Virus record (IMG/VR): IMGVR_UViG_3300011008_000050
Origin: an uncultured virus (IMG/VR IMGVR_UViG_3300011008_000050)
Lineage: Duplodnaviria > Heunggongvirae > Uroviricota > Caudoviricetes
Direction: 5' to 3' (one strand)
Length of the DNA: 64,000 nt
The translations under genes and the position numbers were made by a program. The notes under the pieces were generated by a model that was not told where the DNA came from, searched no databases, and was given only the letters and a program-made list of their open reading frames with translations. This document shows positions 22,701-26,712 of the stretch, in pieces. The stretch's first letter is position 1, and every line of letters starts with the position of its first letter.

Positions 22701-24100
22701 GGTCAGCCCTTGGTATGCAACTTGACCTTTTGAACCGAAGCGTAGAGAACTGCGCGAGATTTGCCGCCTTTGTGACGAGCCGAGAAATGGGCAGGAGCAT
22801 TGACCGCAGCATCTATGATGCGAAGGAAGTCAGTGTGAACTTCAACAAGAAAGGCAGTGGCAGCAAGATGCTTAATTCCAAAGGCCAAGACAGGAATATT
22901 CTCAAACTTCTTGCCAATCCCAAAACATACTTTTCAGAGAAAGACAGGGCAGAGTTGCTTGCCCAAATAGGTTCATACGTTGGTGGCGGTGGCCGTTTGG
23001 CTTTCGTCTTTTGGAATGCAGGAGTTCAGGGTCTCACCAACTTTGGCCGTGCTGGCAAGCGTCATGGTGGCAAAGCCTTTGCCGGAGCCGCAACGATGTT
23101 TATCGTTGGCTATGTCATTCCACAGTTGGCAGCGGCCATGGGAGGCGGTGACGGTGACGATGATGACAAGAATGCCTACTATAACCTTCCCGAATATGTG
23201 CGTAGAAGCAATATCTGTTTCCGTGTTGGCGATCAATGGGTGACCATTCCCTTGCCTATCGAGTTCCGTAGTATCTATGGCCTTGGTGAATTGGCATCAG
23301 GTGTTATCAGTGGCAACGAACACTATGACAACAAGGAACTGAGTTATCAGATAGTCAGTCAGGTGAGTCAGATACTTCCCCTTGATATGCTTGAAGGTGG
23401 CGGTGGCGTGTCGCCCTGGATTCCGAGCAGCGCAAAGCCCTTTGTTGAAGCCTACTGGATGAACAAAGGCTGGACTGGACTACCCATCTACAAAGAAACC
23501 CCTTGGAACCAAAACGACCCAGAATGGACGAAAGCCTATAAGAATACTGACCAAACGCTGGTAGGTGCATCCAAGTGGCTTAATGAGAATACTGGTGGCG
23601 ACGATTTCAAGAAAGGTGCAATAGACATCAATCCTGCGAAGTTGGAATATCTGTTGAGCGGTGTGTTTGGTGGCTATGTGACTACAGCCGAGAAGTTGAA
23701 GAAGATGGGCGAGACCGCATTAGGCAACCGTGAATTTGACTGGCGCAACATGCTTATAGCCAACCGTGTTGTTAAGACTGGTGACGAGCGCACGGCCAAC
23801 AGGAAGTTGCAGAACGAGTATTTCAAGTATAAGAAGGAGTACGAAGAGACGAAACGGCTGATGCGTAAGTATAAAGATGCCGCCGACGAGGGTATTGCAG
23901 GTATGGCCGAAAAGGTTGATTTCCTGTATAACTCCCCTGAATATCTCCGATATGAACTATTCAACAAATACAAGGCCGACATCGACGATTACCGCGAAGA
24001 CCTTCAGGAAGCCACCGATGATTCCGAGCGCAAGAGTATTGAGGGTGAGATGTATGCTACGATGAGAGAGTTAATAGACCTGTTGCATGAAGTGAAATAA
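4799..24100 (+). CDS. Giant DarB-like polyvalent virion protein (6433 aa)
   Basis: Segments recognised: ParB-like (VLSGNGRTMA, ~8600-9100); RNase-like PBECR segments (GYGLLHI ~10090, RGLAHI ~11370, MuF-C-like ~20460-20900); inorganic-pyrophosphatase-like (NYKKGH...YGYIRGTEGVDGDHIDVF, ~10660-11110); N6-MTase (FSGWGG, EGSAGIGN, NVPF, ~13600-14400); SNF2 helicase (HEVGAGKT ~16085, DEAH ~16670, QRNGRILRQGN ~17716); HExxH motifs (~19088, ~19891); LPD38-like C-terminus. Confidence 0.85.
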   Translation: MANDTRLRLYKALNDAGYDIGEYDEFDRRMNNSDDRGKFYKAVSDAGFDIGPIDEFDERIRDSKYKLLIHGVETPVSEKEWREAKRKAERRNTGGNGSDRKSGIQEEAERLPVAPTMEQKDMEAAVGLRKPGSYPIGKDGQLDIHPVLTQRSERIHQRGMENAHGDLDTEREVELSEAYAERKRLEKELEPYTMRQASRIIHSSTIPGGYAGGHSSEERADMKRHDALLAAKRQLDERIATLEESRDKNTSGFWRNLWRTVTNPSTWSFGLIPLNDALASNDVADKLENGTELNEQEETMLRQMVMNEEAKQKYGDDKGFMARAGTITGEALPFVAEFLLTGGYGGVTKGVGEATAKGLAKMTATDLSKKGLRSWLVKSTGTVAGDVAGATLMANTTGVAKTASDVMERQRGSIIQDENGDYHFGHYEQDEDGNSVFVDGGKTWAQSIYEAEAANTLEYYTEMLGNHMEKPLGAVGSWIAEKTGLGKAGAYLVKKLGLGEVSKDLSQITANGYGRAMKHVLERGGIQDYPSEVLEEEANIILNSMFVGDNSLSDLVDGRTQADIWGGMLFSVGFMNSPAVGWRGIQSAGYLKTKHDMEKADKLASYRMTEDRWKPLRERIDGTSNEDMTDLEMEIKHDDTMHENEKKAALDYIGRLLKFRGWNIGATAKAKDEVENPAAEPQGAVSRDLNASYIGGYEADDEQLNDIRNGYEFQRQRIEELAADDMLNQLDADPIGALNFIRSGEAWTEEEKQTAIDYVNAKAAYDGMIHRVQDDIDGRIAMSDAMIESRKHHDDGMIHPATMKTDDRKVYVIGGKLVMNEDGTMIDHDQSDESVIIRDAATGAIEFADPHDVLSTDEALDAAQEKEAAQEAIRQQYAQEAANKIDGVLPFNNGDTYQVVDDQGQQHTVTVIPTGTVNSQGQVLQTGDGEVVVSMDGGEPVAMSREAIQNMAENVNLARLQQYVQEKAVQREEQAAAEREANRPVYNLNDEVTLQTEEGMVRGSIAAEANEDGLIEVYTERPIGGKQINLYNRDQLDGMVVEHNGAVAEPQPVQNEGGDAGGEAGLEQTGANEPSAATPSTPVAEATVTVDEPMPMIGEGEDAEPDFSQATPQRAHTYIYNEAGLSRDEANQFVEANRKAADKALEKAQNGKPKMGTSLAKYRKETAEWQQKVEAAQQVSDYWKQVKDEQGRVLASEAQERAVRDAAAHEQAVTQEQARQAEELRKREEQSALGTHTASPAIREKWESAHKVEGARNEIVLANGERVPGRYVLVESGAATPSHNPRQEFVKNEGFPMDENGQSVNDRDYERDKDAQATTRQIASVYDQRALQTPVVVTNDGIVLSGNGRTMAGELAAQDGTDGAYIEHLKKYGRQFGFTPEQMEGMAHPRVVFVPDEAMPYTADTFAKFNQQEMKGQSKTEQAVKLGKVVGNETFGRIIKSINAYDTLGEYYADPSATTQAVNELRDAGAISQAQYAEMFDGETISAQGREVLENMLIGKAFESNPDAVRQITSFKGVRQSVITALAEISNNLMLGEDYSHESELAQAINLVYQARQSGYKQGDKVSGFARQQNLFAFDEGATVADFDNATVLMYADLLNEGRPTLLKKALALYNQAAKDSANGQLDIFSGGVKTQEEILYDVKQLLRNGTEEEQQAALAAATAERKAAAVSGISENGVAGGVNQGGEVTGGIERTDEREGDLAQAKVTAPLSNEVNEFDKPFVLSSDGTPTFGEVTEDSGLTAAPIKLSLGENIVDENGSNHGYGLLHIEAGHGNQIRAAGFASVEDFVEAVARNYDTIREGSVVADNQTYLLEVSDEHNNTLFVQLSKDGGYWNVNSAGIFKKKYSRRKPEVFTRPALEPETNTDFSGVDSGLSNGVTAPAGNSPQTSAGKGSNNNPNLQEKAEIFADGQGNMEIDGGTVSQQHIGQEVENEEATVGEPQVETDAVAIAEREVNTNPTPAQKDAGNYKKGHVKIEGFDVTIENPRGSERSGTDANGHEWRQRMNNTYGYIRGTEGVDGDHIDVFLSDSPESGNVYVIDQRKADGSFDEHKVMYGFGSADEARAAYLSNYEEGWQGLGAITEVSKDEFKKWIDSSHRKTKPFAEYKSVKTLGDTQLGEGAAVVQQPTEQSEEPQPVGRGVFGNIYDQFKGKAKEAIAFLRKRKEGVAKGALHHRQVGDIDVVWGDENRGLAHIDNKHTDVATRLQEVLDGMSVVSTSENRIVLDSPTHRAVVSKDWYGEPVDNWLLTAYGKKNGVSGGSIDIVPEPEGKQNGTAPLQNASPSNSVSANTTDTNRTAVDGKRNDTATPQNTVSEGKGNDISASEQGNAEKSAIEPEFEARYQISPKPYTTKRGKVLDMQLVMFPDELKDKVNWTNARQLAKELKGWWSREDGGFLMRDAETAQQLADTVLSQIGNNDAMEQQLRDERLSLSDMALATDEAQNVEAVDAQQEADALTQQPPQEAQGSMADNGYGANNTLVSRDRYEELKERMRKKMLGQLNMGIDPEILAIGTEMAAFHIEAGARKFADFAKKMIEDLGDAIRPYLKSFYNGARELPEVGDAGYSEEMSPYDEVRAFDVLSLGGETTEHSTPTVFERAEEVTKELDAERQAEEAKEKIAESKPKTTPNPLRPATEADFDNAHPVVYYDGKPYGVIAVMHSGEQISATQFSQPHIESIVLTNGKSVNLDNLQVFDEATAATQRIREIAEKNSISEQKRGKSTPSKKKRVSLQQEPDLFGNSFNEESTSVESQNKNDNDRLRRTETAVRSSRGQGEGAPAPAQTDRGGELPSESGGSQLQQGADRQGSAGLQDRRSPDGLSQGESVESRRDDNGGLDSGLQERRNDGRRDSSVQGRDEQVRSSSGRPVGYVSQLTENLSGVPNGDTRGSVRPGSSNIRRSESERGKSDAPLSPVSNPKNLRNNHAERGKDYAPRGVDARIDANIKAIELMKQLMDSGEQATPEQMAVLRQFSGWGGLGKAFENYTAHTNGKPTPQYLRELLGEEAYQQANMSRNSAYYTPANVIDALWDVARAMGFKGGRVLEGSAGIGNILGLMPTDMSERSDIHAVEIDPTTGNILSLLYPDAKVDVQGFEATQVENGSVDLAITNVPFVTGLRVNDTTGDKDLSKKFHDIHDFCIAKNVRKLREGGMGIFITSSGTLDNSARLRQWIIQEGGADVVGAFRLNNETFGGTGATSDIIVIRKRVNGKVSPHAIDVLSTTGERTAEYDTGESKRVKGEEIPIIKQLSMDYNSYFVEHPEMMGGEMHFGFEKGETFRPTSKALYPVKGKNQAELLKSWVSSFAGKEWVNAETSRQNREAHDVVYEELGEGVKEGSMVVSNGQLCIAQRGKAVPLAVNANKVKGHSKVECFEAYQGIKKALSDLLQYQTDVEDDSGLQPLLKALNKAYDDFVKTYGHLHKNTSISFLKSDVDFANILALEKFSERGDLKTGKRIQEFGKTDIFSQRVVEKEKAPEPTNVKDGIIASIYVYGRVDVPWITEQLSGKTAEHTTLTEDDVKAEIVRSGLGFENPVTRQMEVSYEYLSGNVREKLAQATQNNSNGQYDANIKALEKVIPDNIPAHLIDFSIGSSWIDPKLYEEYVKEKTDIDVTFTSAGGTWFMRTPYSVSEQKNRAMGVVSELLHKTIMGTQLIEAAMQNKTITVSETHKKWDGSTETITDKEATQACSNKIDEIRQDFKEWARAKMQSDPAMSEHIERIYNDMFNNYAPMKIEDTFVPIHFAGASKKITLDPHQSHAAMRAVLQPVMLAHEVGAGKTFTLITAAMEMRRLGTAKKPMIVVQNATVGQFVESAKELYLSAKVLTIEEADRTAEGRKNFYAKIKYNDWDMIVVPQSVFERIPDSEERQMKFVQDKIEEKMLVLEQMRDADPDSSSWIVKQAEKEINKLEDELAGLTDSISSKRKERDEKKEAVTRQNAEVKALEMLDRQTDDVENFDDMGIDAILVDEAHEYKHLGFATAMQRGVKGVDPSYSKKAQGVYLKTQAVLEKNNGRNVVFATGTPISNTAAEIWTFMRYLMPADTMKEYGIYYFDDFVRNFGNLQQMLEFTTSGKFKESNRFAGYVNLPELVRIWAGVADTMTQKEIEEYRKKMGKPTKIPRTELLYDNGDNKAEDIYLPQTRALRSVMKYVKKRLDDFDKMSGKEKKENSHIPLTMYGIAKAAAVDARLVVSDAADEPQSKTNEAVRQTLRSLRETESYSGTVALFADNYQNKKSGFNLYEDIREKLIAQGVPAEQIVVMKSGMSVKKKLEIFDKVNRGEIRVIMGSTFTLGTGVNIQERLHTLIHLDAPNRPMDYTQRNGRILRQGNLHKEMGKPVRVLRFGVEDSLDVTAYQRLKTKGAIADSIMNGKQMMSNSMENRVLEEEEDVFGDTVAQLSGSEYAMLKNQAEKDVRKYEAKKKQYQADQTYCHNEIPRLDGEIRAWKERLDKYRKNLAIVEAVPQHTEPSITVGKQTFPSIEAMADFIKEYNKSIKEAENDLRDNPSLHSQTRRLTVNVGGIDFVFTTEQNVETKEDQGTLFSAVRRKMTYSCEALGLTDVPVRQSLLREGLEDIVKNVISGQDFREGIERSERIIDKNEKSLAQVRERHGKPFEFEKELEQAHERFDEYSELMKKELEEKEKKYAEMDADVEDVDVNEAAEVEDEDTVGDEDVRFKDGGGRDEGVAQVRRRFDELNSQYSGKAFDVVVLDELSDDEVLDLLGATAEEREEITPEEVEKVRDWLKNGKRYASYNSLTGKIIIFADKVPEGKEEEAFFHENIHGVLRDLYGDGVRPVAELFWEIAPDNGLVSRDFVKRNYESAKQKEEYFVYWLSRAMVKGRVDEELDLLGKEETNIKDYGQGTEENGEANRPEVQEEEVGNSSGMGSETGERRRDRVLRGVRLESSSVRGIRDVVVGILNSIGYEPSLEAERRLDMDSGVNSATGIPGGALSRLAGSYEPRTATRRYTRAEQSAYVERKLKQLRRAATELVEKLGLTGRVTILDSDEGLGKRYQGKRGWYDEKKGTITVVLGNHSGKLDVLETVLHEGVAHYGLRRLFGRNFDQFLDNVFEAAEPDVRARIVKLATRHKWDFRIATEEYLADLAERIDYNAVDNVMFGWWTSIKRMFFKMLGKLGLKDFADTGIELSDNELRYILWRSYQNLAEPGRYRNPFSVAKDMDMQLRLGVSSYDKERARIHSLGRIDDSSRVLANAVAEGGNFVAEPQSTVLRFSGGDLEDVNARFNEQLANFTLASSDDYVFDLGSPSLPLLAAGVEDKPIRLYGSKVAAKMRKHGFNASELRDLPYAVAHPIAVFDNLGRIGNRSVLTELQKERGNILVTIDIGKGTDVDFDIVSSVFGKRGSSVVEWINKGFLRFVDKEKALNYLHLSAPIAEASNNPELNSAAKVVEEFENPKLFEENLSEDSKKGGVLFRDGDGDFSERDRAIARDRYEKMVSEGLYQFQEAVQDSMLGLKKLYDAILTPKGKVHMEDVEGYENAYLAENRMSSVNAAEQHDYYLRFMQPLLEEIGKLTKPAGKTSGHSNAARIALTDYMMAKHGLERNRVFAERDAREVEANGGDFNEAYQNFREKDYSGLTALTGENDVLAAEDAAQQIVDDYEAAYDTADLWDRTREATHATLEKIYRSGLLSKERYEQIRDMFQYYIPLQGWDETTSDEVYGYLTSKSGPFGGSPIKHAVGRSSKADDPVATIAMMADAAIRQGNRNLMKQRFLNFVLNHPSDLVSVRDLWLEYDAVADEWVPVFADIEDGDTAADVERKVEAFEQRMEQLAEAEPDRYKRGRDAQSIPYKVVKGNMKEHQVLVKRGGRTYVLTINGNPRAAQALNGLTNPDVEQGGAVGKLLKAGEWVNRHLSAFYTTRYPDFVVSNFFRDMLYSNCMTWVKESPRYALRYHKNFGMVANPVMMRRLLGKWEHGTLDRNKRLEEMFYQFMMNGGETGYTSVRDIEEHKREIAKELKKQGSMSRKAWSALGMQLDLLNRSVENCARFAAFVTSREMGRSIDRSIYDAKEVSVNFNKKGSGSKMLNSKGQDRNILKLLANPKTYFSEKDRAELLAQIGSYVGGGGRLAFVFWNAGVQGLTNFGRAGKRHGGKAFAGAATMFIVGYVIPQLAAAMGGGDGDDDDKNAYYNLPEYVRRSNICFRVGDQWVTIPLPIEFRSIYGLGELASGVISGNEHYDNKELSYQIVSQVSQILPLDMLEGGGGVSPWIPSSAKPFVEAYWMNKGWTGLPIYKETPWNQNDPEWTKAYKNTDQTLVGASKWLNENTGGDDFKKGAIDINPAKLEYLLSGVFGGYVTTAEKLKKMGETALGNREFDWRNMLIANRVVKTGDERTANRKLQNEYFKYKKEYEETKRLMRKYKDAADEGIAGMAEKVDFLYNSPEYLRYELFNKYKADIDDYREDLQEATDDSERKSIEGEMYATMRELIDLLHEVK
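9744..9923 (+). CDS. Possible overprinted 59-aa ORF (+1 frame) within giant gene
   Basis: MEQKKNNKQPLQQ...WRRPK*, preceded by A/T-rich GTAAAACAATTATTGAGAA. Confidence 0.3.
   Translation: MEQKKNNKQPLQQPQPSVRPQQSQAFQRMALLAESIKEARSQEELNEQMKGKVIWRRPK
10474..10504 (-). promoter_or_regulatory. Antisense Bacteroidetes sigma-A-type promoter inside giant gene
   Basis: - strand TTG-N20-TACCTTTG. Confidence 0.55.
11743..11773 (-). promoter_or_regulatory. Antisense Bacteroidetes sigma-A-type promoter inside giant gene
   Basis: - strand TTG-N20-TACCTTTG. Confidence 0.55.
13062..13412 (+). CDS. Overprinted 116-aa helical ORF (+1 frame) nested in giant gene
   Basis: Natural helical composition (MIDYEELKRQYEAAED...), A-rich leader CAAAACAAAAACGATA and upstream TATCTTTG at 12978-12985. 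The main frame here is R/G/S/D low-complexity. Confidence 0.55.
   Translation: MIDYEELKRQYEAAEDKEKERQRQRRLIEVENYRRSLEARNFSKEQIDREVRDYKIDAALMDYRRENQLSPGEMTTEDWTQVYKNAGMTDEEIAAYRAEMSKYAAALDDPLDMYRS
19332..19466 (+). CDS. Possible overprinted 44-aa ORF (+1 frame) within giant gene
   Basis: MDKEQKKMEKPIDPRYRKKKSETLLEWVQRLEKDGVIEFFGEFD*, preceded by GAAACTAATATAAAAGACT. Confidence 0.4.
   Translation: MDKEQKKMEKPIDPRYRKKKSETLLEWVQRLEKDGVIEFFGEFD
20964..20995 (-). promoter_or_regulatory. Antisense Bacteroidetes sigma-A-type promoter inside giant gene
   Basis: - strand TTTG-N20-TACCTTTG, a full consensus match. Confidence 0.6.
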
Positions 24101-24101
24101 C

Positions 24102-24128
24102 CCCTGCGGCAGAACCGCAGGGCACAGT
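24102..24128 (+). repeat. Representative copy of dispersed hairpin element CCCTGCGG-CAGAA-CCGCAGGG-CACAGT (about 30+ copies across the window)
   Basis: Copies start near 3195, 6826, 12539, 14721, 15287, 20410, 21351, 24102, 28817, 29097, 29816, 30750, 30784, 32627, 33035, 33225, 33903, 34315, 34682, 34717, 35112, 35147, 35857, 47039, 47597, 47630, 50934, 51382, 58058, 58560, 58599, 60030, 60743 and 63018. Confidence 0.9.
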
Positions 24129-24160
24129 AACTGGATAGAGAACATTTAAAAAGAATAGAT

Positions 24161-26116
24161 ATGGCAGAAGAAAAATTGTTATCTATGAGCAAGGTTCGCC
24201 CGGTGATGGAGATGGATACCATTAAGGAGGCGAAGAAGCTGGGTGACCGTCGTGCGTTTCATGTGCTGATGGAAGCGCAGCAGTTTTGGGACAACATGTC
24301 ACGATTCAGGAAGGAGCGTGAGCGCAACAAGCGTTACTGCTATGGTGACCAGTGGGGCGACATCATCCATGTGGACGGTCAGGACATGACTGAGGAAGAA
24401 TACATCAAGAGCCAGGGCAACGTGCCTTTGAAGAACAACCTGATTCGCAGACTTGTGAAGAATGTGCTTGGTGTGTATCGGAGTCAGTCGAAGGAGCCTA
24501 TCTGCACAGCGCGAGACCGTGACGAGCAGAAACTTGGCGAGACAATGACCACCATCTTGCAGTGTAACATGCAGATGAACAGGATGAGCGAGGTGTATGC
24601 GCGAACGATGGAAGAATACCTTATCAGTGGTTTTGTTGTTCATCGTAAGTGGTATGGCTGGCGCAATGACAAACTGGATTGCTGGACGGACTATGTTCAG
24701 CCGAACAATTTCTTTATCGACAACAACATGCGTGACTTCCGAGGCTGGGACTGTTCCTGTCTTGGTGAGGTACACGACATCAGTTTTGAGCAGTTGTGCC
24801 AGCAGTTTGCGCACAGCCCCGAAGACTACAACAGGCTTTCAGCCATCTATGCGACCGCCCGTAACCGTGGTGCATTGATTACTCAGTGTGAGCGTTTCGG
24901 GTACAGCCGTTTGCAGAACTACGATTTTCTGTTTACCAATGACCCGACGAGGTGCAGGGTTATCGAGGTGTGGCGCAAGGAGAGCAAGCCGAGGTACAGG
25001 TGCCATGACTACAACAACGGTGACGTTTACAAGATAGACGTTGAAGACTACGGTGTGATGGTGGCTGATGTTAATGCCAGCCGCTTGCAGCGAGGCTTGG
25101 AAGCTGGGATGCAGAAAGAAGACATCCCCCTGATTAAAGCCGAGTGGTTCATGGATGATTACTGGTACTACTATTATCTGACTCCGTTCGGTGACATATT
25201 GGATGAAGGTGAAAGCCCCTACGAACACAAGAGCTATCCGTATGTATTCAAAGCCTATCCGTTCATTGACGGTGAGATACATAGTTTCGTTGCCGACGTA
25301 ATAGACCAGCAGCGATATACGAACCGTCTGATAACGCTTTATGACTGGATTATGCGAGCAAGCGCGAAGGGTGTTCTTATGTTCCCCGAAGAATGTCTGC
25401 CAAAGGGCATGAGCATTGACGAGATAGCCGACGAGTGGAGCCGCTTCAACGGTGTGATACTCATCAAGGCGAAGAACGGCCAACCGTTGCCGCAGCAGAT
25501 AGCGAACAACTCAACGAACATAGGCATCAATGAATTGCTCCAGTTGCAACTGAAGTTCTTTGAGGACATCAGCGGTGTTCACGGTGCCTTGCAGGGCAGA
25601 ACCCCGTCAGCCGGAACCAGTGGCACTTTGTACTCTCAGCAACAGCAGAACGCCACCACGTCATTGCTTGACTTGCTGGATTCGTTCTCTATCTTTGTTG
25701 TTGATGCAGCATATAAGGATGTGAAGAACATGCAGCAGTTCTACGACACGAAGCGTGTGTTCAACATTGCTGGCAGGAGCAGCGCACAGATAGAGTATGA
25801 CCCGAAGAAGATTCGTGACGTAGAGTTTGATCTGAGCATCGTCGAGAGCACCAGCACCCCGGCCTACCGTCAGATGGCTAATGAGTTCCTGATGCAGATT
25901 TGGCAGACAGGCCAGATTTCGTTGCAGCAGTTGTTGGAGAATGGCAACTTCCCGTTTGCCGACCAGTTGCTACAGAGCATACAGAGCCAACAGGAACAAC
26001 TGGAGAACGGTCAGGTTCCCGAAGGTCTGTCACCTCAGTTGCAACAGCAGGTTGCGCAGGGTGCCAACCAGCAAGCCGTTCAGCAACTTTATGGTGCAAT
26101 GCGTCAGGCAGCATGA
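24161..26116 (+). CDS. Portal protein (P22 gp1-like podoviral type)
   Basis: 651 aa; RYCYGDQW and NNLIRRLV N-terminal motifs, VIDQQRYTN, Q-rich C-terminal coiled coil. Confidence 0.8.
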   Translation: MAEEKLLSMSKVRPVMEMDTIKEAKKLGDRRAFHVLMEAQQFWDNMSRFRKERERNKRYCYGDQWGDIIHVDGQDMTEEEYIKSQGNVPLKNNLIRRLVKNVLGVYRSQSKEPICTARDRDEQKLGETMTTILQCNMQMNRMSEVYARTMEEYLISGFVVHRKWYGWRNDKLDCWTDYVQPNNFFIDNNMRDFRGWDCSCLGEVHDISFEQLCQQFAHSPEDYNRLSAIYATARNRGALITQCERFGYSRLQNYDFLFTNDPTRCRVIEVWRKESKPRYRCHDYNNGDVYKIDVEDYGVMVADVNASRLQRGLEAGMQKEDIPLIKAEWFMDDYWYYYYLTPFGDILDEGESPYEHKSYPYVFKAYPFIDGEIHSFVADVIDQQRYTNRLITLYDWIMRASAKGVLMFPEECLPKGMSIDEIADEWSRFNGVILIKAKNGQPLPQQIANNSTNIGINELLQLQLKFFEDISGVHGALQGRTPSAGTSGTLYSQQQQNATTSLLDLLDSFSIFVVDAAYKDVKNMQQFYDTKRVFNIAGRSSAQIEYDPKKIRDVEFDLSIVESTSTPAYRQMANEFLMQIWQTGQISLQQLLENGNFPFADQLLQSIQSQQEQLENGQVPEGLSPQLQQQVAQGANQQAVQQLYGAMRQAA

Positions 26117-26150
26117 TGAGAGTTGCGATAGCATCGCAACATACAGAACA

Positions 26151-26180
26151 AAGGGGCAGTCATTTTCGACTGCCCCTTTT
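26151..26180. terminator. Hairpin terminator between convergent operons
   Basis: AAGGGGCAGTC-ATTTTC-GACTGCCCCTT-TT. Confidence 0.75.
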
Positions 26181-26277
26181 CGATGGACGGCCACCATGTA
26201 GGGAGTAGGTGGCGAGCGGGTCATTGGTGAGCGTTGCAATGCCTTCTAATCCTTGCGGGCAAAACGCTTTGCACTCT

Positions 26278-26655
26278 TTACTTTTTTGATTTTCCATGTT
26301 TTTTCATCTTTCTAAGCGTTCTTGTTGTTTGGCAGTAGGAGAAATAGAGAGAGAGTTTGATGCGCCTACCCCGTGCATCGAGATAGCCATCACCATTGCG
26401 ATATGGTGTGCAGTAGAAGCACTCTGAAACGAGGTCTCTGACATTTGCCCGATTGTTGATGTAGCCTTTCTGCTTCAACTTTCGGAAGTTGAATCTATCC
26501 ATGACAAGCAACTTGATTCCCGACGGAGAACCCTCGGGAGTGGTGGCTGGCATGACATAGTAGCGTTCTCCAGTTTGAGCATGAGCCTTGTCGGCTTTAT
26601 TGACCGCTTCCCTGTATCGAAGATAGTCAACGAATTGTTTGAATGGGTTGTACAT
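26278..26655 (-). CDS. Hypothetical phage protein
   Basis: MYNPFKQF... ORF directly downstream of terL with an AT-rich leader. Confidence 0.6.
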   Translation of the reverse strand: MYNPFKQFVDYLRYREAVNKADKAHAQTGERYYVMPATTPEGSPSGIKLLVMDRFNFRKLKQKGYINNRANVRDLVSECFYCTPYRNGDGYLDARGRRIKLSLYFSYCQTTRTLRKMKKHGKSKK

Positions 26656-26712
26656 AAAACTTGAATTTAGAGTTATAAACTGGTCGCTGTGGCACAGCGA
26701 CATACTGAACAC

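Noticed and set aside
24102..24128. Dispersed hairpins as intrinsic terminators
   Set aside because: They have no U-tracts, occur inside CDSs, and keep their orientation regardless of gene direction.
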